Positions 24,322-34,662 of a stretch of DNA of 64,000 nt are shown here, in pieces (positions within the stretch are counted from its first letter, which is position 1; the number at the start of each line of letters is the position of its first letter). The notes beneath the pieces are model-generated. The model was given only the letters and a program-made list of their open reading frames with translations. It was not told where the DNA came from and made no database searches. This DNA comes from Trypanosoma brucei (lineage: Eukaryota): the NCBI GenBank assembly GCA_000002445.1, contig CP000070.1:960001-1024000 (forward strand). Reading direction: 5' to 3'. The translations under genes and the position numbers were made by a program.

Positions 24322-25848
24322 TTATCGCCAAAAGATTATGTAGCGCTCGTATGGGTAAACATAGCGCTGAAATGCCTCACGACCAATCTGGAGGTCCGGC
24401 ATCCCCATCGCAAACATCGCTAAAACACAGCCGCATCCAAAGTAGAAGAACACGCTACTGATTGCGTAAAGCAGGCACCGTTTTTCCATGCGTTGTTTCA
24501 GTGTCAGTACTCCGAAGAATATCGCAAACCAAATGCAAAGGGATATGAGTGAAATTATCCAAGGTATTGCGATGTAGCCCGGCATTGGTTCCTGAAAATA
24601 ATTCCCCTCAACGGCAAGCTTCCCCGCCAAAACAACTTCGAACAAAAGGTTCACCACACTCACCCACACTGATGGACCAAGTTTGTTAGTTGGGTCAAGT
24701 CCGCTGATATAAAAGTAGTACTCGCATACGGCAGGTATCGCCAAGAACAGCCACATAACCAGCCGCAAAACAACAAGATGATGTTTGGGGGGTATATGAA
24801 GGATGTGTTTCACGGTAAACGTGTTCAACTCTTGAAGGGTCATCAGGGAAAGTAAAAGAAGAAACTGCACGAAGCGTTTTGGACTAAGAAACACATTCCA
24901 CTCGTACGGAACCAATGATTGAGGCACGAGCTGCGATATGAAGCGACGCGCCTTCCCGCATTTACTCTTCACATTATCTGATAACACCCAATTATATCTC
25001 CGTGCGTGAAATATGCGCAAAGCGAGTATTCCTAATAATGTTCCGCCGCCATTGCATATGAGGACATCCAACAGCAAATGGTCCCACCAGCACTCCTTAA
25101 AGTTCGGCAGTGCGTGCTGGAACGTCACCTCGACAATCTCAAACACAACTGAAATGCACGTTGAGGCACGCCAATCCCTCACAATAATCGTCTTCGCGAA
25201 ATACCCCAGTGTATGGGCAACTATAAAAATGTCAAAAGTCGTGCGGACAAAAAGGAATGGGTCATCTGAAGTGAAAATGCGACAGTCCTCGGCGTATTGC
25301 CTCTCCTCCGGTAGTGACTTAAGTGAAGGATCGTGCAGCAATAGAATTGCACGTATTGTGTCCAAACTTTGAAACAGCAGAAAAGATAGCAACGCCAGAT
25401 ACAAGACACCCACGGCCAACACCGCCCGCCAGAAACTCGGATGCGGGCGCAGCAACATCGAATCGGGAAGGTGGGTGGCGCCAAAAGCTATAAAAGATAC
25501 TCCAGAAGCCGCAAGGCCCAATTTTACACTGCTGACAACATCCATATCTAGGTAGTGGCAGTAACGCACCATGAAAAGGAATACTGCTAACAGAACAATA
25601 AGGACCGAAAGCGTACGGGGCGTGTACATCGCGTCTTCTGTACCACCATTAGCGATGCAAGTTTCCTCCGACTGCTGCTTCGGGTTTATCTCTCTGCTGA
25701 TAGGCAGTGAATTTAATTTCTTCACCTTTTTCGGGCCAGAACTGTGACTGCTCACACTACCTTTTCGACTGTCAATACCCTTACGTGAGGCACCGGTGCC
25801 TTTGGGGCTACTGAAGCTACCGGTAGCACTGTTGAGCTTACCGGCCAT
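24322..25848 (-). CDS. PSS2: Phosphatidylserine synthase (base-exchange type, PSS1/PSS2 family)
   Basis: Multi-pass membrane protein with PSS-family blocks (RPHPSFWRAV, FKECWWDHLLLDVLICNGGG, EYYFYISGLDP, long hydrophobic helices). The track start at 25968 is TTG; the first ATG (MAGKLNS...) is at 25848, verified by 'cat' at 25846-25848. Confidence 0.8.
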   Translation of the reverse strand: MAGKLNSATGSFSSPKGTGASRKGIDSRKGSVSSHSSGPKKVKKLNSLPISREINPKQQSEETCIANGGTEDAMYTPRTLSVLIVLLAVFLFMVRYCHYLDMDVVSSVKLGLAASGVSFIAFGATHLPDSMLLRPHPSFWRAVLAVGVLYLALLSFLLFQSLDTIRAILLLHDPSLKSLPEERQYAEDCRIFTSDDPFLFVRTTFDIFIVAHTLGYFAKTIIVRDWRASTCISVVFEIVEVTFQHALPNFKECWWDHLLLDVLICNGGGTLLGILALRIFHARRYNWVLSDNVKSKCGKARRFISQLVPQSLVPYEWNVFLSPKRFVQFLLLLSLMTLQELNTFTVKHILHIPPKHHLVVLRLVMWLFLAIPAVCEYYFYISGLDPTNKLGPSVWVSVVNLLFEVVLAGKLAVEGNYFQEPMPGYIAIPWIISLISLCIWFAIFFGVLTLKQRMEKRCLLYAISSVFFYFGCGCVLAMFAMGMPDLQIGREAFQRYVYPYERYIIFWR

Positions 25849-26159
25849 GCACACTCGAGAGATTCTCGAAGCCCTGTTTGTTCCACGGCAGCACCGCACG
25901 CAGTTGTAATGAAAAATATACTTAATACGGGGTTTTCCCGCCCTCAGTGACGGAAAAAAAAAGGACAAAAGAAGGTAATCAGCGACAAGACAGAGTCAAG
26001 ACAGGAGAAACGACATTCTTGCTTCTACAACTCACCTAAGTCAGATATCTATTGACATCTCTCGAGTCAATCTACCGGTCATGCCTACGCAGACACAATC
26101 CCAGTTCGGTATCTTCATTACCTCCGCAGCCAATAACGAGTAAAGGAAGCTCAATGCCA

Positions 26160-27887
26160 CTAAAGGTAGCACTGAGAAGCTTGAAACCCTTCCGGTGTTG
26201 GATTAAGACAAACGGGAAGGTATTTAAAGAGTGTCGTGGCGGTAAGCCCACGTTCGCCGCCTTGGGATGAGGCGGCGAGATCGGCGGCTGTGCCGTGCAC
26301 AAGGCACCCCGCACAGGTGGCTTGCCAGAGCGGGAACTGCTGCGCCAGCAGTCCCGCAATGATACCAGTCAAAACATCTCCCATGCCTCCAGAGGCCATG
26401 CCGCTGTTACCGACGTCGGCAACGGCGCACGCGGGAAACAGCAGCTCTGCCGCCGTCCCCGTTGGCACGGGGACGCGTGCATCTTCCGCAATGCGAAGCA
26501 CCGTTCCAGGCCCTTTGAGCAAAACGACCCCACCGTACCTAGCCACCAACTCCTCAGCGGCACGATATCGATTTTGCTCCACCTCAGAAACTGTGCAACC
26601 CAGAAGTCTGGAGGCCTCAGCAGAGTGCGGTGTTATGACACGGTTATTTAGTCGTACAGACGGTGGTTGTTGTTCCCCATCATTCCTTTTCCTAGAAAAC
26701 GCTGCTAAAATATTCAACGCGTCCGCATCCCACACCGAGGGAACATTAATGTTCTCCCGGAGATGTATTTCCACTACACGCAGGGCTTCGATTCCCCATG
26801 CACCTTGACCAAGGCCAGGCCCTATAGCTACACACGAGGCCCACTGTAGTCCCATCCGCAAACTTTCCTCCGTCAGTGTCTGAGTCATCACCTCTGGGCA
26901 GCGGCACATGATTGGCGCGGCATGTTCAGCACGCGTAAGAACTCGAACGAGACCACAGCCAGATCGTAACGCTGCCTCTGCTGCCATCGCAATGGCTCCA
27001 CCGAAACCAGAGTCACCACCGACAACCAACAACTTGCCATTCATTGCCTTGTTAATACACCTTCGTGGCTCGCTGCGCGATAACAGTGGAAAAAGATGCG
27101 AACTTTCAAGTCGCCTGCAAAATACATCACGCTGTTGGTCCGGTAACAACAACCAATCAGCGAGATCTAGGGAATCATAGTGAAGCTTTCCAACATGGTT
27201 GCGTGCAGACCCTGTAAGAAGTCCTGGCTTCACAGCAATGAAGGTGACGGTGTGAACCGCACGTATACATGAGCCCTTCACGTCCCCCGTTTCGGCATCT
27301 AAGCCCGACGGAATATCAATAGCAAAGCACGGCTTACCAGATTCGTTCACACGATCGATTATCGCTGCGTAATCCCCACGTGGAGCACCCCCCATCCCCG
27401 TACCTAGCAAGCCATCCACAACTACATCCACACCGGAGAGTGAAGCTCCCTCTTCCAACCAGGTGCGCGCATCTTTCATTACGATCTCCACACCTGGTTT
27501 TTGACGTTCTTCCTGTAACGCAGCATAGGCGGCTGCTGCCTCGGGAGGAAGCGGTTTGGAACCGGCCACAGTTATAACAGTAACGCATGTGCCTCCTCCC
27601 CTGGAGGAGGCTCGTCGGGCAACCTCAAAGCCGTCTCCACCGTTATTCCCGCTTCCGCAGAGCACCAGCCACTTCTTTGCATTTGGAACCTCGGTGCAAA
27701 CGACCTTGAAAAAAGCTGCAGCAGCCCGTTGCATGAGATCGTATAAGGTTATCCCCTGTACCCGGGCTGCTTCCACTTCCGCTTTTCGAAGCCATGCGGC
27801 AGACCAGGCGAGATATAACAGTTTTTGCTGCTCATCCGGGTAACGGGTATACGTGCTAATGGTCCGAATAAAAGAGTTCCTTCTCAT
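26160..27887 (-). CDS. Bifunctional NAD(P)H-hydrate repair enzyme Nnr (YjeF_N epimerase + YjeF_C ADP-dependent dehydratase)
   Basis: YjeF_N signature 'LVLCGSGNNGGDGFEVAR'. The C-terminal carbohydrate-kinase-like domain carries GGDSGFGGAIAMAAEAALRSGCGLV ... GPGLGQG ... GGMGDVLTG. The track start at 27950 is GTG; the first ATG is at 27887 (verified). Confidence 0.8.
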   Translation of the reverse strand: MRRNSFIRTISTYTRYPDEQQKLLYLAWSAAWLRKAEVEAARVQGITLYDLMQRAAAAFFKVVCTEVPNAKKWLVLCGSGNNGGDGFEVARRASSRGGGTCVTVITVAGSKPLPPEAAAAYAALQEERQKPGVEIVMKDARTWLEEGASLSGVDVVVDGLLGTGMGGAPRGDYAAIIDRVNESGKPCFAIDIPSGLDAETGDVKGSCIRAVHTVTFIAVKPGLLTGSARNHVGKLHYDSLDLADWLLLPDQQRDVFCRRLESSHLFPLLSRSEPRRCINKAMNGKLLVVGGDSGFGGAIAMAAEAALRSGCGLVRVLTRAEHAAPIMCRCPEVMTQTLTEESLRMGLQWASCVAIGPGLGQGAWGIEALRVVEIHLRENINVPSVWDADALNILAAFSRKRNDGEQQPPSVRLNNRVITPHSAEASRLLGCTVSEVEQNRYRAAEELVARYGGVVLLKGPGTVLRIAEDARVPVPTGTAAELLFPACAVADVGNSGMASGGMGDVLTGIIAGLLAQQFPLWQATCAGCLVHGTAADLAASSQGGERGLTATTLFKYLPVCLNPTPEGFQASQCYL

Positions 27888-28309
27888 TATGAAGCCTATT
27901 AAGTCAACACGCTTTTTCTTTCTTTTTTTTTGTTTTAGACGAAGAGCCACTGCACGAAAGGAAGCGTCGGTGACAGCGTTCTAAGGGGTATAGGTAGAGC
28001 AACCAGCGACGCTAAAGCTACGCAGAAGTCAGAGAATGGGGCACATGGATTATGTGTGCAAAAGGAAACGTTTGGTGTAATTCCATCACAGAGGAAGGAA
28101 GGAAACCTCCGGGTTGTCCCTCATTGATGTGGATCCCAATTTTCGGTGCAGTCTCACACGCACGCGTGCAAGAAGGTAAATGCCTGGCATTCAAATTGCC
28201 GCCAAAAAGAACTGACAAAGAAAAACAGCGGCACGGAGGATAAAGATATTGGACTACGACGAAAACACACTCGCCGATTATAAAAAAGAGAAAATGTAGC
28301 CCAACTCTT

Positions 28310-30373
28310 TCAAAAACCGAGTCCCAGCGCTTGCTCCAACCCCAGCTCCTCATCGTCATCTTGTGAAACCTTAGAATGGCCAGTTGAATTATCACGGCGA
28401 GCGCCACCACCCTCCGCACTGCCTTTTCCCAATTTTGGTCCCGCATGGTCCGCGATAGCAGAGTTTACGGAGTCTTTCGCTACGACCTTCATCGCTGCGG
28501 CGTCGTTTTCATCGTCTTCCCCGCGGTGACGCTTGACTCCGGCCGTTTCAGCGCTGGGTGCACCTTCACTTTTGTCTGCAGCTTCCGACGCCCCTGCCGT
28601 AGCAGCGGCAGCCCCATTACTACTAGTCGCAGTATCTGCCTCCGATGGTGTACAGGCGCGACCGGAACCGGCATCAGATTCCGTTGTACTCACGGGATCT
28701 TTATAGCCAGCGGCTGCTTTTACAAAGGCGGGTATCTTTGTCATGTCCTCGACAGTAATCACAGGCAACCGAGTGACGCCGTCCCTGTACTGCCGCAACT
28801 GTCGGACAATGTTGTGGAATGAGCGTATACTGGGAGCAAGGTCAACCTTCATTGATGCCGCTTTCGAGTCAACAGACATCCCAAAATAGTAGTGACGACT
28901 AAATGATTTCACCGCAGTGCCAGCAGAGCCCCCGCCTACAGCAGAAGATACCGAGCTACTATTACCATTTGAAGAAGCGCCCGCACGCCCCTGTGCGCCG
29001 CTCTCCGGTATTCCGCCGCCTCGAGGCGCCTTCTTCAGCAACCGACTTCGCGCCTCAACTTCCTCCGGTGCTTCGTACCCTTTCGGGTTCAAACGCAGCC
29101 GCACATGTGGAAAACTTTCAAGTGACTGCGCTCGCGATTCGGCTGTTCCCGCCCATAAGAATCGTATCTTCGACTCCACGGCATCCACGTAGCCTTGGTA
29201 CGCTTCCGCATCTGTGCAAGTAACCTGAACGTGCAGGTAATACTTATATTCCCCAAAGAACTTCACAGGCTCAAGAATTTTGCTCCAGATGCCATGTGGA
29301 CCCAGTTTCATTTTCGTTTCCTCTACGCCCATCCCAATGTAGGATGAACAAATCTCATGGCCGCGAGCAAACTCATCACATAGTTGCCTCAGATTGGTCA
29401 TCGTCACGTTGTAACAAGCGTTCCCGTATGGCACTGCTGGGGTGAGCACAGGGAAAAGCGCTAATGCGTCGGACTTCGATTCCCGCGGGTCCCAACCGCG
29501 ACCCAAGTTCGTTTTGACGCGCATCGTCTCGGTTAAATAAATCGCACGATTCTCCCTTCCGCTTCCGTGAGGATTGGGGGAAAACCATGTGTGGTAGATA
29601 CGGAAGAAGCGCACCACCATGCCAGCAGCGTTTTGGTTTGGGTGACACTGACAAACAAAAGCAACAAGAATAGCCCAACCGATACCACTGGGAAAGCCAA
29701 AGGTGTTACTGTAGATGCCACGGGCCTTTCCCCATGCCTTAATAAAACGCAACGCCTGCCGAAATGAAGCTTTGTGCGGAACAAGGTCCATGATGTTGTG
29801 TGCAACGCGGACAGCATTACAGCTGAGCACAGATTGGTCGTCAAGCCCCTGAAGTAAGTCGTCTGTGATAACTTCAGGGACACGATCTTGGCGAATAGAA
29901 CCGAAGGACAAGTCGATATCGATTCCGTCTGCAACCATGGCGATCAGAGGAACGCGGGCATCACGAATGCAGTGAAGTTCGGTAATGCGAGACTCATGAC
30001 TCAATCGAGGGGCTAGCGTATTGAAAAAATGCTCACGTGTAATGCGATTGGGGGCTATTAGTACAATATCTATATCGCTACCTGAACCATGAACGTTGTA
30101 GCGGTATGAGCCCGTTGCGAAAATGCGGCCCTCCACTTGAGCGGCCGCTTCAGCCGGCATGCGAAACTCTGCAATCATTGTTGACCGAATCCACGCCCGC
30201 ACAATGCAATTGATGTGTTCAAGAACGGAGCGTCGACGGTTTGCCTCTTCCTCAGGTTCAATTCCCGCTGCGCACCACTCCACAAGCGGTACGTTGTGAT
30301 CCTCCTCAGCTGGAGACGGCCCGTCGCTGGAAATAATCTTTTTTGCAAGGAACGACTTGTCTGTTCGTGACAT
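28310..30373 (-). CDS. Canonical-type poly(A) polymerase (Pol-beta-like nucleotidyltransferase + PAP central domain)
   Basis: Catalytic motif 'FATGSYRYNVHGSGSDIDIVLIAP' (cf. FGSYRLGVH..GSDID), with a central domain and a Ser/Ala/Gly-rich C-terminus. The track start at 30493 is TTG; the first ATG (MSRTDKSF...) is at 30373 (verified). Confidence 0.8.
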   Translation of the reverse strand: MSRTDKSFLAKKIISSDGPSPAEEDHNVPLVEWCAAGIEPEEEANRRRSVLEHINCIVRAWIRSTMIAEFRMPAEAAAQVEGRIFATGSYRYNVHGSGSDIDIVLIAPNRITREHFFNTLAPRLSHESRITELHCIRDARVPLIAMVADGIDIDLSFGSIRQDRVPEVITDDLLQGLDDQSVLSCNAVRVAHNIMDLVPHKASFRQALRFIKAWGKARGIYSNTFGFPSGIGWAILVAFVCQCHPNQNAAGMVVRFFRIYHTWFSPNPHGSGRENRAIYLTETMRVKTNLGRGWDPRESKSDALALFPVLTPAVPYGNACYNVTMTNLRQLCDEFARGHEICSSYIGMGVEETKMKLGPHGIWSKILEPVKFFGEYKYYLHVQVTCTDAEAYQGYVDAVESKIRFLWAGTAESRAQSLESFPHVRLRLNPKGYEAPEEVEARSRLLKKAPRGGGIPESGAQGRAGASSNGNSSSVSSAVGGGSAGTAVKSFSRHYYFGMSVDSKAASMKVDLAPSIRSFHNIVRQLRQYRDGVTRLPVITVEDMTKIPAFVKAAAGYKDPVSTTESDAGSGRACTPSEADTATSSNGAAAATAGASEAADKSEGAPSAETAGVKRHRGEDDENDAAAMKVVAKDSVNSAIADHAGPKLGKGSAEGGGARRDNSTGHSKVSQDDDEELGLEQALGLGF

Positions 30374-31145
30374 GATCAACGAATCACAACGCACAGTTTT
30401 GCAATTCAACTGTAGTGACTGAACACCAGCACACTGACAAAAATATTCAAACCCTGCTAATTCCCGGTATGTAGCTTTTACAAACCCAACCAAGTTTACT
30501 GTCGAGAACCGTAAGACTTCAACCTCCCGCTTCCTGCCCGCACGGGACGTTCACAATGGTATGAGCCCGCTGATGTAGCTACACACATTTGAAAAAAAAT
30601 GGTGAAGCAATGAATGCATACGCACGTATAAGTGGAATCGGTGAGTGCAGAGAGGTAAATGGTGATGTCACCCAAGTTGTACAAGCGAAACAGAGGCAAA
30701 CGTGAAATAATGAAGGATGAAGCAGTTACGCGAGCAAACACCAATAGCAACACCGTGTTCCAACACAGAAACCACACAGAACGTGGTAAAGAGAGGGAGA
30801 GAGCATGCAAACGAAACAATCCGAACGACGGACATTTTTTCGCACGAGCTGATCCTCCGGCAAAAGAGAGATAAAAGGGTGGAGACACTGCCGTGAAGGC
30901 GATGACAGCGCAAAACCAGATACTACCCACTTAAGAAAGAGTTCTTCACAATATTCCCGCGCACCCTCTCCCTCCTAAATTACACATATTCTTTCGTAGT
31001 GTCACCTACACTGAAACAGATTTTGCAATTTACCTCCCCCCTCCCAAAATAAAAAAAAAAACATAAACACAAACACAAACCCAGCTGGCAAAATAGTAAA
31101 ACGGTACACTTGCCACACAACAAATTACCTCATTCCAACCATGTA

Positions 31146-32879
31146 TTAGTCCAATAGCACGTCAATAGCCGATGGGCACATCGTAATTCGCAATAGCTCC
31201 TGCGCTGTTGAGCGGTTGACGGAGAACTCCTCGCTGTCCACAGGAACACCCAATGGGCTGACGGGGGCGGTGAATGATATGGCAGACGTCCCAAGTGCAA
31301 TGCAGTCGAGCAGGCACTGCACCACGTGCTCAAACAGTATCTTACCCTCATGCCATGCGCACAGCAGTGATCCACGCTCCCTGCTAGAGATCTCAGTAGC
31401 TTCTTCTGCTGACACTTCAACCGCAGACCCCCCCCTCCCAGCATCGGCTGGTGGGATCAAACCACACACAATAACAGGCTGAACTCCGAGTTTCGTCTCC
31501 ACATCAGCTATGATGGCTTTTGCCTCCATGAGTGATGATTTACGTTGTGGGTCATAACAGATTACCACAGCATGACAACTAGCACAAACAAAGCGGGTTA
31601 ACTCTCTGAACCGTGGGTGGCCGGAGATGTCAAACACTCGCAACTGCGCGCGGGCCGTCAAGCCACCAGTGAGAAAGACGGTTTTGTCAAACTGGTTAAA
31701 AGTCACGGTTGGTGGCGTCACCGCAAACCTCGCACTATTGTCGCCCGGCCGCCGCTGTCGACCCCACTCCCGCATTAATGACGTTTTCCCTACACCACAT
31801 GGGCCAATAAGAGCTATCTTTATTGGGCTTGACAGTAGATCGCGCATCCCCACGGAGAAGCATGACAGTCCCTTACACCGTGTCGCCTCTCGTCTCCGAG
31901 TAAAATCAAGAAATTGAGTAAAATTGTAACGCGCGTTAAGTGAAATTGTCGGTTTGGCAGCACCTGCGGATGTAATGCTGTCAAAATCCGTGCCAAACGT
32001 GAGCTCTCCCAGCTGCTTCTGTGGGAGACGCTGTCGTCGCGTAGAGTTCCGGCTCCCCAAAGTTGTTGAGAGCATGCGTTGCAGTTCCTCCTCGCGCAAG
32101 CATCGCGTCATGTTGTACCGATACCATATGACGTTGTCTCTCGACATAAAATAAAAGTCAGACGAGACTAAAGACACACCTAGAAGCTCCTCCATTGTCA
32201 AGTATGACAAAACTCTAACTAGCAGCGACCACTGCAGCATCTTCAGCTCACCACGACACTTTCGCCGCACCTCACCGTTACGATCACGGCGGGACACAAC
32301 AAGCTGTACTTCATAGTGGCAGGCAAAGCAAACGCGGTACGCCGCCACCGTTGTGGGGTTCATAAACTGGACCTGTCCTTGCTGCTGCTGCTGCGAAATG
32401 TTGTCTTCACCGTTAGCAATGTCAGTTCCAGAGACTCTACCACTGGGTAACGACGTCTTGTCTACGCCGCCACAAGCCTCAATGGGGTTCGACTGAACCT
32501 CCAGAGCTGACTGAACTAACGCATTAACAGTTTCTGAACAGCATGCGGAGCAAAAGACGCGACCACAAACGCGGCAGTGATGCCTTCGGTTAAACATTGA
32601 AAAAGCAACATTACATCCGTGAGCCATACAAGTTGAAACTTGTGTGTCCGGCACCCACCGTCGAAGAGGGCATAAACGAATGCACGAGGGGTCCAAAGTA
32701 GGCTTTGTAAGCCACATGACACCTGACGTCTGTTTGCTAGCGCACTTGCTAAGAAGCGGTGAGCTGACGTTACTTTTTCTGTCGGAACTATTGGCACTAT
32801 AAGGAACGGAAACATTTAAAACCATGATGGGATCACCATTACCCATCTCCCGCTCTTCAGCAAGATCAATATGATCCAT
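31146..32879 (-). CDS. FYVE zinc-finger protein with F-box-like segment and C-terminal Ras/Rab-like P-loop GTPase-like domain
   Basis: FYVE core 'RRHHCRVCGRVFCSACCS'. F-box-like 'LKMLQWSLLVRVLSYLTMEELLGVSLVSSDF'. P-loop 'IALIGPCGVGKTSL' and G3-like 'VFDISGHPRF' are present, but no clear NKxD. ATG verified at 32877-32879. Confidence 0.7.
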   Translation of the reverse strand: MDHIDLAEEREMGNGDPIMVLNVSVPYSANSSDRKSNVSSPLLSKCASKQTSGVMWLTKPTLDPSCIRLCPLRRWVPDTQVSTCMAHGCNVAFSMFNRRHHCRVCGRVFCSACCSETVNALVQSALEVQSNPIEACGGVDKTSLPSGRVSGTDIANGEDNISQQQQQGQVQFMNPTTVAAYRVCFACHYEVQLVVSRRDRNGEVRRKCRGELKMLQWSLLVRVLSYLTMEELLGVSLVSSDFYFMSRDNVIWYRYNMTRCLREEELQRMLSTTLGSRNSTRRQRLPQKQLGELTFGTDFDSITSAGAAKPTISLNARYNFTQFLDFTRRREATRCKGLSCFSVGMRDLLSSPIKIALIGPCGVGKTSLMREWGRQRRPGDNSARFAVTPPTVTFNQFDKTVFLTGGLTARAQLRVFDISGHPRFRELTRFVCASCHAVVICYDPQRKSSLMEAKAIIADVETKLGVQPVIVCGLIPPADAGRGGSAVEVSAEEATEISSRERGSLLCAWHEGKILFEHVVQCLLDCIALGTSAISFTAPVSPLGVPVDSEEFSVNRSTAQELLRITMCPSAIDVLLD

Positions 32880-33302
32880 GACTTTCGTATTGGCAACTAA
32901 ATTATGCGCTTAGCGTACTATGGCCTTCAGCCGTCGCTGGCGTGTGCCTCTCTAATCCCCCTCTTACCTTGTTGCCGACCGAAGCACCGTGCAGGTTTTC
33001 TCATTTATAGAAGAGACAGCAGAAGAGGTAACCAAAAAGAAGCCAACAAACATTATATATGGTACGTTCATACGGAATCACAAAAAAGGCGCAAATGACA
33101 GTCACGTTCATTGACAGGGAGAAGAACCCCCACACACACACACACACGCGCCATCTTCCAATCCTAGCATTTCCCGTAGAAACACAAAGAGATAAAGCCA
33201 AACTGTGACGCTAAATTATTAACGATATGGTGAAGATAGTGGAATCATGAAAAAGATCATGACAAACACAAAACCGGCGAGGCGCGGGGAATTAGAAAAA
33301 AA

Positions 33303-34043
33303 CTACAACTCCCACCACAGGGAACCGCATATCCCAAAGAAGCGGTGCCGCCGCACAACTGCGCCCAGTGGGTCAGTGAAAATCAGGGCGCCGGTTGCGA
33401 AGAAAAGCCAGTCATCAAATTCTAGTCGAACTGGAAGCAGTTTCTCACCACTTCCAGACGTGTCCGAGGTAACACTAGCATCGTGGCGCTTGGTGTTGTT
33501 TCTTAACTCCCAGAGTTTCTCACTCAACTCGTGTCTTTGTGGCAGGCTCTTCCATCCACACGGCGAGGTCCCCTCGGCACCCCTTGAGGCTGAGGCTCCT
33601 GTAGAAGAAAAAAGTTTTCTCCTGTTTGCTATTCTGATTGCGTCCTCTTCATTAGCATCGGAAGCACCATTCCTTCCACTCGCGCCAGAGTTTAGTGGAA
33701 GCCAACGGACCCACACCGATGCAACACTACCATCCCCTGCTGCGGCATTCGCCACCACTGGTTTGTCTCCGTCATCTGCAGCAACCACGGAATGAATTTC
33801 ATTGAAAAAAGCCTCGTGACGACTGCGGTCCACCAGGTAACGGATGAAGTGCCCCTCGTGCGGACGTGTCACATAAAGACCATAACCCGCAAAAGCGGGG
33901 ACAACAAGCCGCCGTAGGTGCCTGAAGAACATCTCCTGCCGCCGTATACGCTGTGCCCTTTCGGAGTATTGTGTGCCGCTTCCCCCGAGAGCGGCGGTGC
34001 CGTAAAACATTCCATTTTTTGCTTCTTCTTCAGTCGCCTTCAT
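33303..34043 (-). CDS. Hypothetical protein, 246 aa
   Basis: ATG verified at 34041-34043. Complexity is coding-like and no recognisable motifs are present. Hydrophobic/aromatic segments near the C-terminus (LFFATGALIF). Confidence 0.5.
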   Translation of the reverse strand: MKATEEEAKNGMFYGTAALGGSGTQYSERAQRIRRQEMFFRHLRRLVVPAFAGYGLYVTRPHEGHFIRYLVDRSRHEAFFNEIHSVVAADDGDKPVVANAAAGDGSVASVWVRWLPLNSGASGRNGASDANEEDAIRIANRRKLFSSTGASASRGAEGTSPCGWKSLPQRHELSEKLWELRNNTKRHDASVTSDTSGSGEKLLPVRLEFDDWLFFATGALIFTDPLGAVVRRHRFFGICGSLWWEL

Positions 34044-34662
34044 CTGATATAGCTATTCTTCTTTTGCTATTTCTACTTCATATCAAAGAGGACAGAAACA
34101 ATGACGATAACAACACTGATAGCCTCGTCAACAGCACCATGCAGCAATGTCAAAAGTAAGCCCCAATATTTACTATTGGTGTTGCTTACGCTGGTGGTAA
34201 ACGCAACGGACCTCCACCCCACCCCCCCCCCGCTCCAACTCACGCCGGTATGTATGGTTGTTTTTGCAACGCAGTGTTATCAGCGTTAGCATTCTTTTTC
34301 TCCTTTCAAATTTATTGTAATTAAGAAGAATGTAGCGGCAGTTGTGGTGGCGAAATTGACGAAAGTAAATGAGCGGTGCATACTTCAGTAATTGCAAAGA
34401 AGAGAAGGTTCACGCCATCAGCCGCAAAGAACAAAAGAGAGGAGAGGAGGAAAAGGGTTTCCCTCCCCCCTTTTACCAACTGAATCGGTAAACGAAACGG
34501 AATGGACTCGGTGTCGACGTCGACCACACTAAAACGCTTCGTCTCTAACGCTACAAACCACCACAGATGCCCTCCCAGAACGTTTTTCCTTTCCCTCTTC
34601 CGCAAGCCCCACTGCCTCCCTTCTGAAATACTTCCCTGTGGTTTCTACGTATTACCACGACC

